IMG/VR virus record: IMGVR_UViG_3300021091_000012
DNA length: 64,000 bases
Source of the DNA: a virus
Reading direction: 5' to 3' (one strand)
How positions within the stretch are numbered: position 1 is the stretch's first letter; each line of letters starts with the position of its first letter. The position numbers and the translations under genes were made by a program. Shown here one piece after another: positions 53,537 to 61,865 of this stretch. The notes below the pieces were generated by a model that did not search any database, was not told where the DNA came from, and worked only from the letters and a program-made list of their open reading frames with translations.

Positions 53537-55405
53537 TTATTCCTCTTGTAATAGATTGTCTTCGCTTAACAAATCCGGATCTTTTGCAGCATTTTCGTTT
53601 TTAAGATCGTAGGTTTCTTTCAATGCTTGCCCTTTACCTCCCATATACTTTTCCAGAGAGCTGAGCAACGTGCGATTAGATTCTATTCGTTTTTCTTGTT
53701 CATAAACCTTTCGGATACTTTTGTTACCTAGAGGATCCCATCCTAGCGGATGTTTGTGTGTTGCATATGATCCAGGTTCTTCGGGACGTCCAGCACCTGG
53801 CCATCCGCCTTCAGGCATCTTTTCATCGTATCCTTTTGGAACTCCTCCATTACCTTTGTATAACGATGCCAAGTCGTGTGGCGTTCCAAATGACTGACCA
53901 GTTTTAGATGGATCGTTTCCTTCTGTCTTAATTTGTTCTATTCTAAACTGTTCTTTAGTATCTCGCACAATTCTATCTTGTTCTTCCATCCACTGCTGCT
54001 CGCTCAAATTGAATAAATTTTCATACACCCAATACCTACTGAATAGTTTCTTCTCCACCATATCGCCAGCTAAAGTTACTTTAGATGTCCATAGTTCTAT
54101 TTTTTCTTTTTCGTAGATAGATGACGGAGCTGTTAGGTTAAGGGTAAAGTCAACTAGGTCCTCGTCTTGAAAGCCCTGAGCGTATAAATGCACCAAAGCA
54201 ATTTTATATAATTCAGATACTACAATCTTTTGTACTCTTTCGATTGTTCTGGCAAATCTAAAATCTTGAGAAGCTAAAGTAGCTTTTCCGGTCGTATCTT
54301 CCTCATAACCTAAGTATGCTTTGGGAATTTTTAGAGATCCTAACAATCTATTTTTTAGGTAGTCAATATCCGCAATAGAGTCATACTGAATGCCTGCAAG
54401 TGATTCGATTGCAGTACCGCTTTCTGCACCACGAACTGGAAGGTAAAAATCTTCTAGTAAGTTTTGCATATTATACTTTAGGTTGTACTCTCCAGATTCC
54501 GGATCTACATACGGTACTTTTTGCATTTTACTAGTCATTGACTCCATAAATGCGTCAACTTCGGCTGGAGGGATGTTGCCTATATCAATCTTAAATATAC
54601 GCTTATCTGGTGCACGCATAATACGATGGATCAACATTGCATCTTCCATTAAAGTTATCTGCTTCCATACCTTTCTTGATGGTTCAATTATAGATCGACC
54701 ATAAGGTAAAAAATTAGTATCAGTGAGCAGCCTAAAATGTGCAATCTCATAATTATCAAACTCTTCACTGTTTTTAGCTGAAGAGACTGAATATGCTGAA
54801 GAAAGTGCTGTAAAGTCGCGTTTGAACTTTATTTCATTTGGATCTTCTGGATTCATTCCTTCTTCTCGAATCATCTCATATGCTGAAATTGGTTCTACTC
54901 CAATTACACCATACTGCTCAGCTATATTTAGCTTTAAAAAGAAATCACCATATTTTACAGTGTTACGGATCCATGGCCACAAATTAAATTCAATGTTTAG
55001 GATGTCATAGAATAAGTTGTGTAATACTCTTTGTACTTTTTCATTTGAAGATTGTACCGTTAATACATCTCCAAACTCATTTTTAGCTGTACATTCGTCA
55101 GCGTATATATCAAGAGCAGATGCAATGATGCTATCTGTGTCCATTGATTCATAGTCACGGAACAGCTCTAGTCGAGTGTAGAGTTGCAGTTGACCGGCAT
55201 GCATTGACATGCTACCCGGCATTGTTGAATGTAATCTGGAGTATCGGTCAACTCTTCTGTTAGTTTTTAAGTTGCCGTCTGATTGTATTTTATTTGTGTC
55301 GATAACCTTAAGCTGGTTACCTCCTACATTTCGAATAATTACATCAGTACTAAATAGACGTCTTAGTCTGCCAAATATTGACTGTGATTGTTGATTTTCA
55401 GCCAT
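53537..55405 (-). CDS. portal protein (T4 gp20-like)
   Basis: ALDIYADE, KYGDFF, MEDAMLIHRI.RAP.KR.F.ID.GN, EDF.LP.RG, L.IPK. Confidence 0.95.
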   Translation of the reverse strand: MAENQQSQSIFGRLRRLFSTDVIIRNVGGNQLKVIDTNKIQSDGNLKTNRRVDRYSRLHSTMPGSMSMHAGQLQLYTRLELFRDYESMDTDSIIASALDIYADECTAKNEFGDVLTVQSSNEKVQRVLHNLFYDILNIEFNLWPWIRNTVKYGDFFLKLNIAEQYGVIGVEPISAYEMIREEGMNPEDPNEIKFKRDFTALSSAYSVSSAKNSEEFDNYEIAHFRLLTDTNFLPYGRSIIEPSRKVWKQITLMEDAMLIHRIMRAPDKRIFKIDIGNIPPAEVDAFMESMTSKMQKVPYVDPESGEYNLKYNMQNLLEDFYLPVRGAESGTAIESLAGIQYDSIADIDYLKNRLLGSLKIPKAYLGYEEDTTGKATLASQDFRFARTIERVQKIVVSELYKIALVHLYAQGFQDEDLVDFTLNLTAPSSIYEKEKIELWTSKVTLAGDMVEKKLFSRYWVYENLFNLSEQQWMEEQDRIVRDTKEQFRIEQIKTEGNDPSKTGQSFGTPHDLASLYKGNGGVPKGYDEKMPEGGWPGAGRPEEPGSYATHKHPLGWDPLGNKSIRKVYEQEKRIESNRTLLSSLEKYMGGKGQALKETYDLKNENAAKDPDLLSEDNLLQEE

Positions 55406-55429
55406 TCAATGTCTTTTTTAAATAAATAG

Positions 55430-57019
55430 TCATAACAACCAGTTAATGTCCTCATCATTGCCTTGTGCAGTTCTTACTTTGTAGCTACGATTACCAAAAG
55501 TAGGCTTGTATATTGATACTGTAGATTTTATGTTGTTTACTGCCATTCGGTTTAGCTCAATTCCTGCCTGCTTTAATCTTAAAGCCGTGTCTCGAACCCA
55601 CAATCCTTGGCAGAAACTCATAACCAAGTCATCATTGTAGCCGGAGGCAGCTTCTGGTCTACCGGCTTTGTATATAAATACAAATAATTCGTCTAATAAA
55701 CGCTTACTTCTTATTATACAACTATTCTCTCGAATATACAACTCCATCTTAGATATTGTCAAAGGTCTTACTTTATGTGAGTTGGTGAAACCAGCAACCA
55801 TATCTTTTTTGTCTGTTAGATCATATCCCTTTATAAGAAACTTATCTGAATCTAATCCACTATCTTTTGGTGTATAATATAGGTTTTTATATCCACGTTC
55901 TATGATCTGTTGTAGTGTTGCCCAACCTACGTTCGCATTTTCAACTACTAGCAAAGCGTCGTTGTACTCCGTTCCAACAGCAACTAGCATATTACCAAAG
56001 TCTTTGGTCGATATCTGACCTTTGTATTCGGCAACTTGAGTGCATGATTCTATATCAATCACATGGAATGCAGAGTAATCCGATCCATCACCTCTTGCAA
56101 CGTCAGCTGCTACCAAATAGCTTCTAGTGTAGTCAGGAACCTCCCACACCCATAAATTACCATCAAATCCTCTTTTTTCAATAGGCTCTTTTGCAAAGGT
56201 ATTCGTGTAGTGAGTTATTAAGTCTGGAGAAACGACTGTATTTCCAGAAGTACTAAAATCACAGTCACACTCCTGTGCTGCTAATCTTGCTCCTAACTCT
56301 GCCTCTTGCCTATCTCGCCATGCTTGATCTCTTTCCGGATGGACGGTCCATGGTAGTCTTAATGTTTTAAATTTGTTATCTCCAGCCTCAGCTTTTGCCC
56401 ACATTTTGTGAAAAAAGTTACCAGTTCCATTTGGAGTTGATAGTAATACACCTTGACCACCCGTTGATAGCGTTTGCTGTAGTGAAGCCCAGAGCTCCTC
56501 TGCACCATCAACGAAAGCTGCCTCATCTATGATCACAAGCGATAACGCTTCAGATCGACCCGACGTTCCAGTACTAGATACGGCTTTGATTTGTGATCCA
56601 TTTGACAACCTCATTGAGAGTTTGTTACTCTCAACCGCCTTCAACTTTAACCAGCTAGGTAAGTTGTCGAACATTACTCGCACCTTTGTTACGAGGTTTT
56701 TAGATGTATTTTGGTCAATTGCAACTACAAGTACGTTTTTGTCATTTTGAAATAAAATCATCCAAAGTGCATAACCGGCAATCAGTGTTGAAATACCAAG
56801 CTGCCTAGACTTTAATATAATTGTTCTATCATTTTCTTGAAAGTCTTGTAATGCTCCTTCCTGATACGGATATAGGTGGAATAGAATTTTACCTCGAGTG
56901 GGGTGCTGGATCACACAATACTTTTTCATAAAGTAAGATGCAGAGCGAGCACACTTTATGTACTCCTCTTTGATTATCTCCTTTAGCGTTTTTTGTTGAT
57001 CCGACATATTATTTGACAA
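55430..57019 (-). CDS. large terminase subunit (gp17-like)
   Basis: KSRQLGIS, IIDEAAF, STPNG, ADVARG...D.S, DDLVM. Confidence 0.95.
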   Translation of the reverse strand: MSNNMSDQQKTLKEIIKEEYIKCARSASYFMKKYCVIQHPTRGKILFHLYPYQEGALQDFQENDRTIILKSRQLGISTLIAGYALWMILFQNDKNVLVVAIDQNTSKNLVTKVRVMFDNLPSWLKLKAVESNKLSMRLSNGSQIKAVSSTGTSGRSEALSLVIIDEAAFVDGAEELWASLQQTLSTGGQGVLLSTPNGTGNFFHKMWAKAEAGDNKFKTLRLPWTVHPERDQAWRDRQEAELGARLAAQECDCDFSTSGNTVVSPDLITHYTNTFAKEPIEKRGFDGNLWVWEVPDYTRSYLVAADVARGDGSDYSAFHVIDIESCTQVAEYKGQISTKDFGNMLVAVGTEYNDALLVVENANVGWATLQQIIERGYKNLYYTPKDSGLDSDKFLIKGYDLTDKKDMVAGFTNSHKVRPLTISKMELYIRENSCIIRSKRLLDELFVFIYKAGRPEAASGYNDDLVMSFCQGLWVRDTALRLKQAGIELNRMAVNNIKSTVSIYKPTFGNRSYKVRTAQGNDEDINWLL

Positions 57020-57446
57020 GGATTACCGTTATCAGCGTTGTCATTGTTGCAATTAAACCACCTCCTAAGCCTTTAACCCAACCTTGCAAATTTTCATTCT
57101 TCTTTTGCAAAGTGTTTACGTCGTTTTGTAATTCCAAAACTCTAGTAGAAGCTGTTTTATACTTCTCCTCGTGAGTACCAATTTCTTTAAGATAGGTTGT
57201 TATTTTTTCTTCGTTTGAATTTATAATGCTATCCTTTATTGTTAGCTTTGTTTGTGTTCTTTCCAGCACAAATAGAGTTTTATTGTGCTCAGCCACGAGT
57301 GAGTCTAATCGAATTAAATCCTGAGCCACTTTGCGAGCCTTGCTGATGGGCATGCAAACTTGTGGTTCGTTATTTGTAGCGTTTTGAGAAAAAGTCGTCA
57401 AGCTCACTAGCAGAGTAACGACCAGCATTTTTAATTTTCTTGTCAT
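57009..57446 (-). CDS. secreted coiled-coil protein with C-terminal TM (spanin-like)
   Basis: Signal peptide ...LTTFS|Q, long coiled coil, C-terminal hydrophobic helix; overlaps upstream gene. Confidence 0.5.
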   Translation of the reverse strand: MTRKLKMLVVTLLVSLTTFSQNATNNEPQVCMPISKARKVAQDLIRLDSLVAEHNKTLFVLERTQTKLTIKDSIINSNEEKITTYLKEIGTHEEKYKTASTRVLELQNDVNTLQKKNENLQGWVKGLGGGLIATMTTLITVILVK

Positions 57447-57720
57447 AATAGTTTCTGATTTCGATTATTTTATTTTCTGCTGAATCTATTTGCAAATCCA
57501 GTCTTCTAATGTCCAGCTCATAGTTTGCAATCTTTTTATCTAGATCAAGCTGTTTGGTTTTATAATCGATTATCACGCTATTCAGACTGTCAATTTTATG
57601 AATGTAAGCTGAATTGTCTACTACTGTTTTAGAAAAGTTGCGTGTAATTAAAATGTAACCAATCAATATGATCGCTATTGCAGCTAATATTAAATTTGTT
57701 TTTGTAACCTCTATTTTCAT
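57370..57720 (-). CDS. N-anchored coiled-coil protein (i-spanin-like)
   Basis: N-terminal TM LILAAIAIILIGYILI followed by heptads. Confidence 0.5.
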   Translation of the reverse strand: MKIEVTKTNLILAAIAIILIGYILITRNFSKTVVDNSAYIHKIDSLNSVIIDYKTKQLDLDKKIANYELDIRRLDLQIDSAENKIIEIRNYYDKKIKNAGRYSASELDDFFSKRYK

Positions 57721-57724
57721 ATAA

Positions 57725-58168
57725 TTACTTAATGTTTATACTTCGCTTATTCATCTCATTACCGAGGTTGCGTGACATTACTTTTTCAGCAGCTTCGATT
57801 TCATCTTGAGCGTACGCCAGCGCATAGTCGTCTATAAGATCCGACAAATCATCTAACACTTGCGGAAATATTCCAGGTACGTTTTTTCTTATATTCTTAA
57901 ACCAGTCAGCCAACGCTTGTTTAGCTTTTTTTACTTCTGCGCTATCAGCACTGTGTATTGGAAAGTAGGAAGTACCACCATGTCCCATAGAAAGTGCTTC
58001 AGTTTTAGCTGAGTAGTTTTTGTCTACGTAGTTGAAAAACTCTTTCTTTCTAACTGGATCTTTAAGATCTGCAGGAGAAGAAATATCAAATTTTTTCATT
58101 GTTTTTTGGAAAAACTCCTGATATGCAGTGTCTTCCTTTAGTTTTTTTATGATGTGTGAAGTTTTCAT
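57725..58168 (-). CDS. putative head-packaged protein
   Basis: MKTSHIIKKLKE|DTAYQEFF. Confidence 0.55.
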   Translation of the reverse strand: MKTSHIIKKLKEDTAYQEFFQKTMKKFDISSPADLKDPVRKKEFFNYVDKNYSAKTEALSMGHGGTSYFPIHSADSAEVKKAKQALADWFKNIRKNVPGIFPQVLDDLSDLIDDYALAYAQDEIEAAEKVMSRNLGNEMNKRSINIK

Positions 58169-58545
58169 TAGTTGACTGTATTATTTCGGATTCCTTTTAA
58201 TAGATTCAATCTCTCTTCACTTGTAGTAGTAAAACGCTCTACTATTTGTGATATTATATCAACCAAGTCATCTGTACTTGGTGTTCCAGTGGATTGAGTC
58301 AACTTGCGGATAAACATATCTGTTGCCGCTTGAAAGTCCGGATTCAGACCCTCTTCCTCTTCGGGAGCTGGCTCTGGTTGTGCTGGTTTCTGTTTTGGTT
58401 CTTCTTTTGGTGGTTCTGGTGTTGCAGCGGTATTAGGCGTAGCTGCGTCCACAGCATCCTCTTCAGCTTCTTTGATCATCTTTCTTACAAGAATGCGAAC
58501 TGCTTCTCGCAATGCTCTTTCTTTAGTCAACTTAGTTTTCTTCAT
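58168..58545 (-). CDS. putative head-packaged protein
   Basis: LREAVR...MIKE|AEED, Pro/Glu linker. Confidence 0.55.
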   Translation of the reverse strand: MKKTKLTKERALREAVRILVRKMIKEAEEDAVDAATPNTAATPEPPKEEPKQKPAQPEPAPEEEEGLNPDFQAATDMFIRKLTQSTGTPSTDDLVDIISQIVERFTTTSEERLNLLKGIRNNTVN

Positions 58546-58922
58546 TATTTTAAAAATCTTAGTTTATATATTGTTGAGTTAATTAACTCGTTGATTGTAT
58601 CTAATTGATTTTGGATATACGTATCCTTGACAGTAGAGTGTACTTCTTCAACTTTCTTGCCTAACGCCTTCAAATAAGTAACAACTTGATCTCCACTTTT
58701 GTATGTCTGAAGTCCTGGACACTCATAAGATGATATAATGTCGTATTTTCCTTGGTATGCTTCTACTAGTTTATCAATTAAATCTACAATATTATTGTAA
58801 TACACGCTATAAGCTATATGCTCTGCATACGACCTTGTTTGTAGGTGAAATACATGCACTTGAGTTCTTGAGTGCAGTAAATATGATATTAATTTTTCTA
58901 AATTCTTATTCATTGTTGTCAA
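58545..58922 (-). CDS. ferritin/Dps-like four-helix protein (DUF5856-like)
   Basis: H.FHLQT.SYAEH...YY......D.LVEAYQG.Y; QN..D.I..L..ST.YKL. Confidence 0.75.
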   Translation of the reverse strand: MTTMNKNLEKLISYLLHSRTQVHVFHLQTRSYAEHIAYSVYYNNIVDLIDKLVEAYQGKYDIISSYECPGLQTYKSGDQVVTYLKALGKKVEEVHSTVKDTYIQNQLDTINELINSTIYKLRFLK

Positions 58923-59313
58923 TTAGTCCAAGAAATTTAGTAGTTTTAGCATCAAAAGTTTTTTTATCTTTTGGATCAAAGTACACTACTTCAACTGCGC
59001 CATCTTTCATCTTCATTTTGCAAACAGCAGCATCTGTCTTTTCAAGTCCGGTCGAAGTGTAGATCAGGCCAAACACAGCCTCTTTCTCCGTTACTTTGGC
59101 CATGATCTGCGCATCGGTGAATATTAGCTCTAACGCACCAAGATCCTCAAGATCGGCTATGAAAATGTGTTCTTCATTTTTTGTGCCAAGAAACTTAAAT
59201 AGAGGTTTGTAGCCATGCTTTGTTTGAAATTCACGGAAGAATGGTACAGCGATCAATTCAGGATTGCTAGCTTGATCTACTTCCCGTAGGGGTATAAGAT
59301 TAATAAGCTTCAT
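58906..59313 (-). CDS. putative head-packaged protein
   Basis: MKLINLIPLRE; late motif at about 59331. Confidence 0.55.
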   Translation of the reverse strand: MKLINLIPLREVDQASNPELIAVPFFREFQTKHGYKPLFKFLGTKNEEHIFIADLEDLGALELIFTDAQIMAKVTEKEAVFGLIYTSTGLEKTDAAVCKMKMKDGAVEVVYFDPKDKKTFDAKTTKFLGLIDNNE

Positions 59314-59518
59314 TGTTAGAGCGTTTCTTTAATAAATAGTACAATATGAAGAAGAACGCCGAAGCGCAGTAAAAAATTAAATCCGTAATCCAATAAGAAC
59401 CTGTCCAGTCCATTACCATCTTGAAAAGCGCGTCGAATCCAAGTGGGTTGAAAAATGTTGCTAAGATCAGGGTCAGGCTTGGAAGGATCTCCTTCTTCTT
59501 GTTTTTTTTGACTATCAC
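59300..59518 (-). CDS. small two-TM membrane protein
   Basis: ATFFNPLGFDALF plus a second hydrophobic helix. Confidence 0.55.
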   Translation of the reverse strand: MIVKKNKKKEILPSLTLILATFFNPLGFDALFKMVMDWTGSYWITDLIFYCASAFFFILYYLLKKRSNNEAY

Positions 59519-59545
59519 TATCCATGTTAATTACTCTGATTAATA

Positions 59546-59914
59546 CTATTTAATTTTCTTTTTATTTGTCTTTGTCTGCTTAGACTCGTACACAACATTA
59601 ACTCCTAGACTTTTTAATCTTCTCTCTAATTCATTTTGTTCTTCTATATCTCCAAATTTTATATATCTTATAACTTGCTTAAAGGTTTGAAAGCCTAGTT
59701 TTGGAAGTAAGTGAATATTATTAAGTACAGCATGCAATATTTCCTTTACTCCGTATGAAGACATCTTTAATTCATAAACTGTTTCATTAGAGTGGAGTGC
59801 ACCTAAGTACTTTCTCAGCGCCTCTTTGTTTCCGTCTGTACATCCTACTTTCTTTCCTGTATCCTTTTTATACACACAGTACTGATCTCCTTGTTTTTTT
59901 ACTGAATATGGCAT
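59546..59914 (-). CDS. hypothetical modular protein (probable start 59914, MPYSVKK)
   Basis: Basic N-module ending ALHSNE, then VYE linker. Confidence 0.5.
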   Translation of the reverse strand: MPYSVKKQGDQYCVYKKDTGKKVGCTDGNKEALRKYLGALHSNETVYELKMSSYGVKEILHAVLNNIHLLPKLGFQTFKQVIRYIKFGDIEEQNELERRLKSLGVNVVYESKQTKTNKKKIK

Positions 59915-59979
59915 TAGATGCTTCCTTTTTTGATACTCTCTTTTAACCAGTTGTTGAGACGGTTTGTTGATTCTACATA

Positions 59980-60432
59980 TCACCACTTTCTACATGACCA
60001 GTATCTTGCTTTTGTTCTTGGTCCTGGGTTATCGCAATTATGTCGAGCTCTAAATGATCTTCGTCGAGCTGGATCACTCTTTTTAATGCTCATTCCCTTT
60101 TGTCCAAAGTTTACTTTAACTACGTTTCCTGCAGGATTCTTGACGTATACTTTAAACTTCTTCACATCACCTTGCATTGGTTTGCCCAACTTAACAGTGC
60201 GTCCTTGATATTCAGCTTCGTTTAGTTCTATGTTTCCGGCCTTAATATCTTCCATCAAAGCTAATGCACAACCGTCGCAGATAGTCACTTCGTAAACGCC
60301 CTCCTCGGCATTAATCTTCTTGGCTGCTGCTACTGTTTTTTTATAAGCCTCAGAGCCTTTTTTTGCTGGTTTTTCACCTCGAGCTCTCTTGGCTCTTATG
60401 TTTGCCCATAAACCTTCTGACTCTTCTTTCAT
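59980..60432 (-). CDS. basic modular protein typical of T4-like phages
   Basis: GLWANIRAKR module; LNE|AEYQGR...RRSFRARHNC...ARYWSC module. Confidence 0.65.
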   Translation of the reverse strand: MKEESEGLWANIRAKRARGEKPAKKGSEAYKKTVAAAKKINAEEGVYEVTICDGCALALMEDIKAGNIELNEAEYQGRTVKLGKPMQGDVKKFKVYVKNPAGNVVKVNFGQKGMSIKKSDPARRRSFRARHNCDNPGPRTKARYWSCRKW

Positions 60433-60436
60433 ATTG

Positions 60437-61039
60437 TTATGGCGTTGGTACTAATACACCACCAATAGTAGCTGCATTTCTGGACAGCTCTGTTAATTGG
60501 TCTTCGTTTAGTTTAAGTTTCTTTTTTGTAAAGTCAATACCTATTACACCTACCAATTTGTCGTCCATAGTTTTAATTGCAAAAAAGTAGCTAGACTTAC
60601 AATTATACTCATCGGCAATATACTTTAATCCGTAGGTTGCTATAGATTCGTCTTTATAGTCTGATATTAATATTTCATCGTTTTCTAATAGAAAATTAAT
60701 AGGCTTGCTAAAAAGCGTTACTGGAATATTTTGGAAGCTATTCTGCATTGAGGTAGTTCCACTTGATACAGCTTCATATGTCATACTAAACTTAGCGATA
60801 CTTTTACCAGTTGGATAGAAATTACCGCCATTGTGAAATTGAATAAGCCACACTCGATCTGCATGAATTTGTTCTCGAATGTGATCAAGTTTAGCAGTTA
60901 CACGCTCGCTCACATGGAGTGTGTCTAACATCATATCTCCTTTTTTTCTTTTGTCTTGATAATCTTTCAGTATTAAGACTATAACTGGTCCAATAACACC
61001 AGTGATAAATGCTACTAAAATAGGTACTGTCATGCTCAT
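60437..61039 (-). CDS. N-terminal TM plus GAF-like domain, candidate T4 holin-T-like protein
   Basis: TM ILVAFITGVIGPVIVLIL; ADRVWLIQFHNGG...KFS..YE; LVGVIGIDF. Confidence 0.5.
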   Translation of the reverse strand: MSMTVPILVAFITGVIGPVIVLILKDYQDKRKKGDMMLDTLHVSERVTAKLDHIREQIHADRVWLIQFHNGGNFYPTGKSIAKFSMTYEAVSSGTTSMQNSFQNIPVTLFSKPINFLLENDEILISDYKDESIATYGLKYIADEYNCKSSYFFAIKTMDDKLVGVIGIDFTKKKLKLNEDQLTELSRNAATIGGVLVPTP

Positions 61040-61539
61040 CTCTTGCTCTTATAGTCTTCGACTTTAGTTTTTAATTGATTAAGTTCATCGTCTACAACAG
61101 ATTGGATAAAATCTCTACCAGCGTCCTTCCACCGCTCTACCATCCCTTTTTCAGTAACATGCGATTGTGTCACAGATTCGTCAACATACTCTTTTAATGC
61201 TGACTCCACATCTTTTACAAATGCATTTGCGTTTGCTGTAATTTTAGTTGTTTCGTATTCTTTCCACTTTCCTGCCTTTATGATCTCGTGTTCCATGTCG
61301 ATTACACACTGAAAGCAGGTTTTGTGAATTGTCCACATTTTTGCATCTAAGTGATGTTTCATAGCGTTTCCACATCTTGGACAGCATAGTGGTGTTAGCA
61401 TGTCCTTACGTGCTTCGTCCATCTTAGTAAAAGTACGTTTAATGCCATTTTTAATTGTCCAAGTTTTTCCTGACTCTGACCATACATCACCCTCTTTGTA
61501 GGTTTTTTTAAAATTTCCCGTTGTAACAAATAAACTCAT
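61036..61539 (-). CDS. zinc-finger-containing hypothetical protein
   Basis: EGDVW.E.GKTWTIKNGIK; CPRC...CFQC. Confidence 0.65.
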   Translation of the reverse strand: MSLFVTTGNFKKTYKEGDVWSESGKTWTIKNGIKRTFTKMDEARKDMLTPLCCPRCGNAMKHHLDAKMWTIHKTCFQCVIDMEHEIIKAGKWKEYETTKITANANAFVKDVESALKEYVDESVTQSHVTEKGMVERWKDAGRDFIQSVVDDELNQLKTKVEDYKSKR

Positions 61540-61865
61540 CTTGATTGTAACTTATATTTTTGTAAAATTAATTCTACGTGTTTGTCAAATTTACGTATTG
61601 CTCTACGTAATTCTAGTCGTGCTGCTTCTGAAATCTTATCACTCTCGTCACTATCAGCAACACCTCTATAGTATTCCTTTCCTCCAGTAGACGATACACT
61701 GATTTTAAAACTGAACTCAGGACTACCTCCCTCCCCAACTTCTACAAAGTCAGAATCATAGTGTAGTGTCATGTTTGTATGTTCAGAAGTCGCAATGGCT
61801 TCTTTCTTTTCGAGAAGTGCTTGCTTGATTGCAGCCTCTTGTAGTTGTTTGTATAAATCTTTCAT
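61536..61865 (-). CDS. putative head-packaged protein
   Basis: MKDLYKQLQE...LLE. Confidence 0.5.
   Translation of the reverse strand: MKDLYKQLQEAAIKQALLEKKEAIATSEHTNMTLHYDSDFVEVGEGGSPEFSFKISVSSTGGKEYYRGVADSDESDKISEAARLELRRAIRKFDKHVELILQKYKLQSR

Noticed and set aside
4830-57019. Inteins, introns or homing endonucleases in polA, nrdJ, helicase, recA, terminase
   Set aside because: All are uninterrupted and of ordinary length
59316-59525. Alternative-frame 69-aa ORF overlapping the membrane protein gene
   Set aside because: The 59300-59518 frame gives a coherent two-TM protein; dual coding cannot be supported
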